DNA of 64,000 nucleotides from Bacilli bacterium (GTDB lineage Bacteria > Bacillota_I > Bacilli_A > RFN20 > DUOF01). The notes under the pieces were generated by a model that worked only from the letters and a program-made list of their open reading frames with translations, was not told the origin of the DNA and made no database searches. Positions 57,949-64,000 of this stretch are shown piece by piece; position 1 is the stretch's first letter; each line of letters starts with the position of its first letter. A program made the translations under genes and the position numbers. The stretch is taken from NCBI GenBank assembly GCA_045119835.1, contig JBGVED010000040.1, positions 388 through 64,387 of the forward strand. The letters run 5' to 3'.

Positions 57949-60162
57949 TTATCTTCTCTTAAACCCTTTTTTAGAAACTTTAGAATCATTTTCTGCCATA
58001 AATCCCAAAACTCTACCATCATATACAACATCACCAAGTTTATTTAAAACAGCATTATTAACACAAGCGTTACCACCAATTCTTTTAAGTCCACTCAAAT
58101 CTCCTATTTTAGCAGAATCAAAATGAGCATCTTCCCCTATATACTCTAAACCGCTTAAATTTCCTATTTTAGAAAAAATAAAATTTGCACTTCCCCCTAT
58201 TTTCTTTAAATTTTTCATACTAACTACTCTAGAATCATAAAAGTCTGCAATCTCACCAATAAACTTCAATTTATCCATTTTATCAATACTAATAGACGAA
58301 AAATTTGCACTTCCTCCAATAAATTCCAAATTGTTAAGGTTTTCAACCTTTGCCTTTCCAACACTAAAATTTCCAAATACTGTTCTCAAATTGCGAAAAT
58401 CATATTTACTATAATCTTCATAAGGTATCTCAACATTGCCTAAAACTATACTATATGGGAATACTTCTTCTTTTACATCTTTTCCAAAAGTTATATCCCC
58501 AATAAAAACTTTTTTATAATTACAACCATATTTTTTAGCAATAATTTTTCTTAAAAAATCTACATTTTTAATTCTATTAAGCAGTTCTTTACGATTACCA
58601 CACTGAGCATAATGAGCCTTATAATCAACAACCTCAGTTAAATCATAAATCATTTGTTTTATATCTATGCTTCCAAAATTTCCAGATTCTATCTTTTCAA
58701 TATATCCCACCAATCTCTTGTTCCACATTTCTTTGTTAAGCCATTCCTCACCAAATTTAATATTTTTATTTTTAGTTAAAAATTCAATAACAACATCTCT
58801 ATACTCTTCTTCGATTTCCTGAGCGTTGCCATTCTTTATTCCCCTAACTTCATCAATTTTCTCACCAATCAACTTAACACCAATATGAGGTTTATTATCA
58901 TTATCTACAAACAGATAAAAATCCCCTTCTACCAAATGACTAGTAGCCTGCTCTTTAGTACACCATGGAGTATCAACTACCATCGCCGATAACTTTTGAG
59001 CATTTTTCAAATAAGATAAAGGCTTATACTTTTTACCTTCAAACCTTATCCATTTCCCTTTATTAAAAGTATTCAAACCATTCAAAACGATTTCTCCACC
59101 TTCTTTCATACTCTGATAAAAAACATCTAAAGCATAAAAATAAAGAGTAGAAAAATTAGTATAAGAACCCTTATTGCTATAAATAACTTCTAAAACTTTT
59201 TCACTAAGTAACATATGAGATTTTATAGTTTCTTCAAGATTTCTTTTATCCATTAAAATTTTAACATTATCATTTTCTCTCTTTTGCCTATAAACTTTAG
59301 TTAAAGTTTCATTTAACATTAAATATTTAAAAGCATCTTCATATTCGCTATTCTTTATTGTTTCAACAATACTTTTATACTCAGCATGTAAAACCTCACT
59401 ATATTTTTTAGCCTTCTTTTTTAAAATATTTTCTTTATTTCTCAAAAAATAAGCATATTCTTTTTCCTTATCACTTAGATTGCTTAACTCCAATTCATAC
59501 TCTCTAAGAATATCTTTACTCTTAACACTTATAAAAAAGTTTAAATCACTTTCTGCTATTTCATATAATTCATCCAACTCACTCTTAATAGTTTCTCTAA
59601 CTTCTTCATATTTTGTGATTCTATTAGTAGGCACTTCATTACCATTTTTATAATAATTAGTAACAAAAATTTTTTCCCAATCACTCAATTCCCTAAAATT
59701 TTGCTTAATTTTTAAAGGAATTATTAAATTTAAATATCTTTTGCTAGTTACAACACTTATTTTTCCTTCATTAAGAATTTGAGAATATAAACAAGAAAAA
59801 TTAAATTCATCATTCATATTCCCGGCAATTAAATCAATAACAATCTCATTATCTACGATTTGCAACAAATTATTACTATCATGAAGAAATTTATAACTAT
59901 TTAAATATAAATTTCTTAACTTTTCTAATTGAAATTTAGGTAGAACACCTAAAACAAAATCCTTAAAAGTTCTAAACAAATTAGTATTTTCATAAAAATG
60001 TAAAACCTCATGCTTATTTACATCATATAAATATTCTTCATAAAAATTATTTAAATATATTGTATGACCTTCACTATATCCAAAAACGCCATTTTCTTCA
60101 TTAAAAAAAACAGTTTTAAGACCTATCTTTTTATTAAACAAAATGATGTTTCTCTCTTTCAT
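57949..60162 (-). CDS. Large cytoplasmic protein with N-terminal HExxH motif and C-terminal LRR-like (BspA/LRR_5-like) repeats, function unknown
   Basis: There is no signal peptide. HEVLH lies at aa 51-55. The central segment is TPWCTKEQATSHLVEGDFYLFVDNDNKPHIGVKLIGEKIDEVRGIKNGN. The C-terminal ~22-aa repeats follow L..L..IGG.A.F..S.I (NLEFIGGSANF, LKKIGGSANF, LEYIGEDAHF, LKRIGGNACV). Confidence 0.6.
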   Translation of the reverse strand: MKERNIILFNKKIGLKTVFFNEENGVFGYSEGHTIYLNNFYEEYLYDVNKHEVLHFYENTNLFRTFKDFVLGVLPKFQLEKLRNLYLNSYKFLHDSNNLLQIVDNEIVIDLIAGNMNDEFNFSCLYSQILNEGKISVVTSKRYLNLIIPLKIKQNFRELSDWEKIFVTNYYKNGNEVPTNRITKYEEVRETIKSELDELYEIAESDLNFFISVKSKDILREYELELSNLSDKEKEYAYFLRNKENILKKKAKKYSEVLHAEYKSIVETIKNSEYEDAFKYLMLNETLTKVYRQKRENDNVKILMDKRNLEETIKSHMLLSEKVLEVIYSNKGSYTNFSTLYFYALDVFYQSMKEGGEIVLNGLNTFNKGKWIRFEGKKYKPLSYLKNAQKLSAMVVDTPWCTKEQATSHLVEGDFYLFVDNDNKPHIGVKLIGEKIDEVRGIKNGNAQEIEEEYRDVVIEFLTKNKNIKFGEEWLNKEMWNKRLVGYIEKIESGNFGSIDIKQMIYDLTEVVDYKAHYAQCGNRKELLNRIKNVDFLRKIIAKKYGCNYKKVFIGDITFGKDVKEEVFPYSIVLGNVEIPYEDYSKYDFRNLRTVFGNFSVGKAKVENLNNLEFIGGSANFSSISIDKMDKLKFIGEIADFYDSRVVSMKNLKKIGGSANFIFSKIGNLSGLEYIGEDAHFDSAKIGDLSGLKRIGGNACVNNAVLNKLGDVVYDGRVLGFMAENDSKVSKKGFKRR

Positions 60163-60221
60163 GTTCTAACCCTCTTCTTTTATAATTATAAAAGAAAAAA
60201 GCCCTTTATACAAGGACTTTT

Positions 60222-61121
60222 TTAATAGCCATTTGATATATATTTAAGTCCAACATCATTAAGTAAAATAACTACTTTTTTATTATCATTTTCTTTTAAA
60301 TACTTAACAGCAGCACTCAAATTAGCTCCACTACTAATACCTGCATATAATCCCTCAATTTTAGCTAAATGCTTCATAAAACAAATCGCTTCTTGACTAC
60401 TTACTGTAATTTCACCATCAACTAAACCATTTTCCTCAAATGGAATATCCTTAAAATAACCGCCTCCTTGAATTAAATGTTCTTTTTTGTCGGGAACAAC
60501 CTTGTAGCACAAACAATTATGATCTTGTTTTAATCTTTTTGAAATACCAACAAAAGAACCTCCAGTCCCTACATAATCAATAAAAACGTCAATATCTCTC
60601 ACATCAGACAATATTTCTTCTGCTGTAGAATAATAATGTGCCCAAGCATTATCTATATTTTCAAATTGATTAACAGGAAAAGCATTCAATTCTAAAGTTA
60701 ACTGTTCAAATCTTTTTCTAACTTCTTCCATATCTAAATAAGAAACCCCATCACTATTACTAACCTTATCAACAAGTTCTACCTTTCCTCCAAAAGCTTC
60801 GATCATTTTAACTCTTTCGATACTATTACCCCTAGACATTACCGCTATAAAAGGATACCCTAAAATAGCACAAACAAGAGCTAAACCAATACCGGTATTC
60901 CCGCTAGTTTGCTCTATAACAGTTTGCCCTTTTTTTAATTTTCCTTCTTTGATTGCCTTTTCTATTATATATTTTGCGATTCTATCTTTCTTTGAAAACC
61001 CAGGAGAATAATATTCAACTTTAGCGTACAATTCTCCTTTTAAATTATATTTCTCTTCTATTTTGTTTAGCCTTATTAAAGGTGTATTCCCAATGATATC
61101 CAATGCACTATTAAAAATCAT
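60222..61121 (-). CDS. cysK: Cysteine synthase family PLP enzyme (CysK-like)
   Basis: NTPLIRL, SPGFSKKDRIA (PLP lysine region), TSGNTGIGLA and GISSGAN are present. Confidence 0.8.
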   Translation of the reverse strand: MIFNSALDIIGNTPLIRLNKIEEKYNLKGELYAKVEYYSPGFSKKDRIAKYIIEKAIKEGKLKKGQTVIEQTSGNTGIGLALVCAILGYPFIAVMSRGNSIERVKMIEAFGGKVELVDKVSNSDGVSYLDMEEVRKRFEQLTLELNAFPVNQFENIDNAWAHYYSTAEEILSDVRDIDVFIDYVGTGGSFVGISKRLKQDHNCLCYKVVPDKKEHLIQGGGYFKDIPFEENGLVDGEITVSSQEAICFMKHLAKIEGLYAGISSGANLSAAVKYLKENDNKKVVILLNDVGLKYISNGY

Positions 61122-61154
61122 TATTCAACCTCCCTATTTAGTATATGATTAAAA

Positions 61155-61652
61155 CTAATCTCTATTAACAGCAATCTTTGCAAATTGCTCTACACCTTTA
61201 CTACTAAAATAAATAATAAAATTATCTATTTTTTCTTTATCTGCAATAGTTAAAACACCATATTCATAAAGATTATTTTCTTTATCCTGCTCCCCTTGCT
61301 CTACTAAAGAATATCCTTTATCAGAAACAATACCAACGCTTGGAAATACCTCTACTTTTTCTTTACTACAATTTTCATCTAAAACCAATATTTTAATATT
61401 TTCCTTCTTACTAGTCACTCCACCAAATGTTACAACATATGTATATTTAGAATTATCCAACACTATCTCCTCAATACTTATATTGACATCATCTAAATAA
61501 TCTACAAACGTTTCTCTTTCAACTAACTTATTATAATATTTTTCATAATCATTTTTATTTTCTCTTTTATCAAAGAAAACAAAATAAGCACCAATAAGCA
61601 AAAAGAAAACAAAACCCACAATAATATATCTTCTATACATCAAAATCACCAT
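61155..61652 (-). CDS. Membrane-anchored hypothetical protein
   Basis: The N-terminal TM segment is YIIVGFVFFLLIGAYFVF. The start may instead be the ATG at 61640 (after GGTGAT). Confidence 0.45.
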   Translation of the reverse strand: MVILMYRRYIIVGFVFFLLIGAYFVFFDKRENKNDYEKYYNKLVERETFVDYLDDVNISIEEIVLDNSKYTYVVTFGGVTSKKENIKILVLDENCSKEKVEVFPSVGIVSDKGYSLVEQGEQDKENNLYEYGVLTIADKEKIDNFIIYFSSKGVEQFAKIAVNRD

Positions 61653-61671
61653 TTTAATATTAGCACAATAT

Positions 61672-61851
61672 TTACCCTTTATAAATAACTAACGCACTAA
61701 AACAATAAATTTGCTCTTTATCCATAAACCCTACTATACCAACACAATATTTAATGTCAACAACCTTACTCTCATCAATCTGTTTTAAAAATTCATTTAG
61801 TTTATCTTCTAAATCAAGTTCATGATTCGCATCAAATGCTTTAACCTTCAT
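61672..61851 (-). CDS. cse60: Cse60-like small sporulation protein (59 aa). It is not in the supplied ORF track.
   Basis: Own base-by-base translation: MKVKAFDANHELDLEDKLNEFLKQIDESKVVDIKYCVGIVGFMDKEQIYCFSALVIYKG-stop. It matches the remembered Cse60 pattern VK.FD..HE.DLE...N.FL......I.DIKY.........IY.FSA...Y. Confidence 0.6.
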   Translation of the reverse strand: MKVKAFDANHELDLEDKLNEFLKQIDESKVVDIKYCVGIVGFMDKEQIYCFSALVIYKG

Positions 61852-61899
61852 TCATATCACCATAAAATATAATAACAAATAAAAAGAACGTTTTTTGTA

Positions 61900-61927
61900 G
61901 AAAAAAAGAGGTGAATTAACACCTCTT
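61900..61927 (-). terminator. Rho-independent terminator after leuS
   Basis: AAGAGGTG (61906-13), loop aattaa, CACCTCTT (61920-27), with a T7 run on the minus strand. The stem overlaps the leuS stop codon. Confidence 0.75.
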
Positions 61928-64000
61928 AAATAGCTACAATATTAACTATTTTATTTTTAACAACGATAACCTTTTTAATTTCCTTACCTACTATATTATT
62001 TTTTACATTTTCAACTTCAAATGCATATTTTTTAACAAGTTCATCATCTTCATCTTTATTAACTTTGATTGTCCCTCTAAGTTTACCATTAACTTGAATT
62101 GCTATTTCAACATCATTTTTAACAGTTTTACTTTCTTCATAAACAGGCCAAGTTGAATTAGCTAAACATTCATTATTACCTAACATCTCATTTAATTCTT
62201 CAGTTATATGAGGAGCAATTGGATTTAATAATTTCAAGAAACCTTCCGCATAAACTCTAGGAAATACTTCTTGCTTATAAACAGCATTAATAAAAATCAT
62301 CATTTGACTAATAGCAGTATTGAAATTTAAAGATTCATAATCTTCACTAACTTTTTTAACAGTATAATGATAAATATACTCTAATTCTTTATTTTCTTCA
62401 TCTCTAATCTTACCTTCATCGTATAATCTATAAACTCTATCCAAGAATTTTTTGCTTCCTTCAACTCCAGTACTACTCCAAGGTTTACTAGCCTCAAGTG
62501 GTCCCATAAACATTTCATAAAGTCTTAAAGTATCTGCACCATACTCTCTTACAATATCACTTGGATTAACTACATATTCAGGATATCTTTTACCCATCTT
62601 TATACCATTTTCACCTAAAATCATACCTTGATGAACAAGTTTCTTAAATGGCTCTTTAACAGGAGACAACCCTTTATCAAACAAATAATTGTTCCAAATT
62701 CTAGAATACATCAAGTGCCCTACTGCGTGTTCTGGTCCACCAATATATAAATCAATAGGCATCCAATGTTTTAAAAGCTCATAATTAGCAAACTCTTTAT
62801 CGTTGTGTGGATCAATGTATCTTAAATAATACCAGCTACTACATGCGCTACCTGGCATAGTAGAAGTTTCTCTAAGTCCCTTTTTACCATTCTTGTTATA
62901 AACTTTCCACTCTTCAGCATTTTCAAGAGGAGCCTTACCATTGTGACCTTTATAATCAGTTAATTCAGGTAAAATAAGTGGTAATTCTTCATCACTTAAA
63001 ATCATATCCTCCCCATTTTCCAAGTGAACAATAGGAATAGGAGCTCCCCAATATCTTTGTCTAGCAAAAATCCATTCTCTAAAACGATAATTAGTTGTTT
63101 TTCTAGCTACACCACATTTTTCAAGTTTATCAGTAATTGCCTCTTTTGCTTCTTCAACTGTTAAACCACTAAATTCTTCTGAATTAATTAACTTACAACC
63201 TTTACCTAAATAATCTTGTTTTTCAAAAGCACACTCACTAACATCTCTTCCTTCAATTACTTGAATCATATCAATATTATGCGCAATTGCATATTCAAAA
63301 TCTCTTTGATCGTGACTTGGAACTGCCATTACTGCTCCTGTTCCATAACTTGCTAAAACAAAATCCCCAATAAATACTGGAACTTCTTTACCATTAACAG
63401 GATTAATAGCGTAAATTCCTTTAAGCGGACAACCACTTTTACCTTTATTAAGTTCAGTTCTATCCATATCAGATTTCTTTAAAGTCTCATCAATATATGC
63501 TTTAACCTCTTCTTTATTTTCAATACGAGGCATTAATTTTTGAACCAAATCACTTTCGGGTGCTAAAACCATAAAAGTAATACCATAAATAGTCTCAATA
63601 CAAGTAGTATAAATAGAAAATTTACCTCCACCTACTATATCAAAATCAACTTCAACACCACTAGATTTACCAATCCAGTTTCTTTGCATCTCCTTAGTAG
63701 ACTCTGGCCAATCAATTTCATTTAAGCCTTCTAATAATCTTTCAGCAAAAGCTACTTGATCGATACAAAGTTGTTTCATGTTCTTTCTAACAACAGGATA
63801 TCCTCCTCTTTCACTTTTACCATCTATAACTTCATCATTAGATAAAACTGTTCCAAGCTCCTCACACCAGTTAACAGGCATATCTACATATTTAGCATAA
63901 CCATCTTTATATAATTGAGAAAATATCCATTGAGTCCATTTATAATAACTAGGATCACTAGTACAAAACATTCTATCCCAATCATAATCAAAGCCCAATT
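61926..64000 (-). CDS. leuS: Leucyl-tRNA synthetase (the 5' end lies beyond the window; partial)
   Basis: The class I aaRS C-terminal two-thirds includes the CP1 editing domain (GTGAVMAVPSHDQRDFEYA), the KMSKS-equivalent GIKMGKRYPEY and the anticodon-binding domain. The frame is open to the window edge. Confidence 0.95.
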   Translation of the reverse strand, partial: LGFDYDWDRMFCTSDPSYYKWTQWIFSQLYKDGYAKYVDMPVNWCEELGTVLSNDEVIDGKSERGGYPVVRKNMKQLCIDQVAFAERLLEGLNEIDWPESTKEMQRNWIGKSSGVEVDFDIVGGGKFSIYTTCIETIYGITFMVLAPESDLVQKLMPRIENKEEVKAYIDETLKKSDMDRTELNKGKSGCPLKGIYAINPVNGKEVPVFIGDFVLASYGTGAVMAVPSHDQRDFEYAIAHNIDMIQVIEGRDVSECAFEKQDYLGKGCKLINSEEFSGLTVEEAKEAITDKLEKCGVARKTTNYRFREWIFARQRYWGAPIPIVHLENGEDMILSDEELPLILPELTDYKGHNGKAPLENAEEWKVYNKNGKKGLRETSTMPGSACSSWYYLRYIDPHNDKEFANYELLKHWMPIDLYIGGPEHAVGHLMYSRIWNNYLFDKGLSPVKEPFKKLVHQGMILGENGIKMGKRYPEYVVNPSDIVREYGADTLRLYEMFMGPLEASKPWSSTGVEGSKKFLDRVYRLYDEGKIRDEENKELEYIYHYTVKKVSEDYESLNFNTAISQMMIFINAVYKQEVFPRVYAEGFLKLLNPIAPHITEELNEMLGNNECLANSTWPVYEESKTVKNDVEIAIQVNGKLRGTIKVNKDEDDELVKKYAFEVENVKNNIVGKEIKKVIVVKNKIVNIVAI

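Noticed and set aside
60193-60224. Hairpin after cysK as a terminator
   Set aside because: The stem gccctt/aaggac has an internal mismatch and is mostly A-T extended. It is plausible but too weak to list as a feature.
1-64000. Possibility of a Mollicutes-type code (TGA = Trp), given the very low GC
   Set aside because: Long conserved genes (polC at 1436 aa, leuS, the P-type ATPase, comEC) are intact and full length under the standard code, and a full sporulation gene set is present.
1-64000. CRISPR arrays, tRNA/rRNA genes, IS elements, integrases and prophage or classic defence modules
   Set aside because: I saw no regularly spaced short direct repeats and no GC-rich cloverleaf-sized intergenic segments. 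No transposase, recombinase, restriction, Cas or toxin-antitoxin-like ORFs were seen. Intergenic gaps are short and are accounted for by promoters and terminators.

Overview
This is an AT-rich chromosomal segment (roughly 70% A+T by eye) from an endospore-forming low-GC Firmicute. It uses the standard bacterial code: a 1436-aa PolC and other long ORFs are intact without TGA recoding. Sporulation markers are spoVAC-spoVAD-spoVAEb-spoVAF, gpr, a CotD-like coat gene, a Cse60-like gene and YlbD/YlbE/YlbF/YlbJ-like genes. Most of the window is conserved housekeeping. Those genes are dtd, rarA, helD, tsaC, fmt, holA, comEC, comEA, rpsB-tsf-pyrH-frr-cdsA-rseP-polC, trmL, glyA, rpsO, trmB, cysK and a partial leuS. 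I found no rRNA, tRNA, CRISPR array, transposase, integrase or phage gene. The strongest candidate for something undescribed is a pair of paralogous genes (30466..32175 and 32952..34961, minus strand). Their products are built almost entirely from 7 and 8 tandem sigma-70 region-4-like helix-turn-helix modules and have no sigma region 2. They are interleaved with the ylbD/ylbE/ylbF/ylbJ sporulation neighbourhood. Other points of interest follow. (1) A roughly 1000-aa repeat-modular surface protein gene at 1..2996 (minus) is missing from the supplied ORF track because it runs off the window. (2) An unlisted 59-aa Cse60-like ORF lies at 61672..61851. (3) A decayed duplicate of the cotD-like gene keeps an 81-bp perfectly identical core. 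(4) A 974-aa lipoprotein has a central glycine-zipper membrane bundle. (5) A 737-aa cytoplasmic protein has an HExxH motif and LRR-like repeats. (6) There is an orphan JAMM-like protein and a degenerate HAM1-like protein. Several track ORFs are over-extended at the N-terminus because a GTG inside the Shine-Dalgarno sequence (AGGTGA) was taken as the start. I give corrected starts where an ATG or GTG with a properly spaced SD is visible. All family assignments come from motif recognition by eye, not from database searches.
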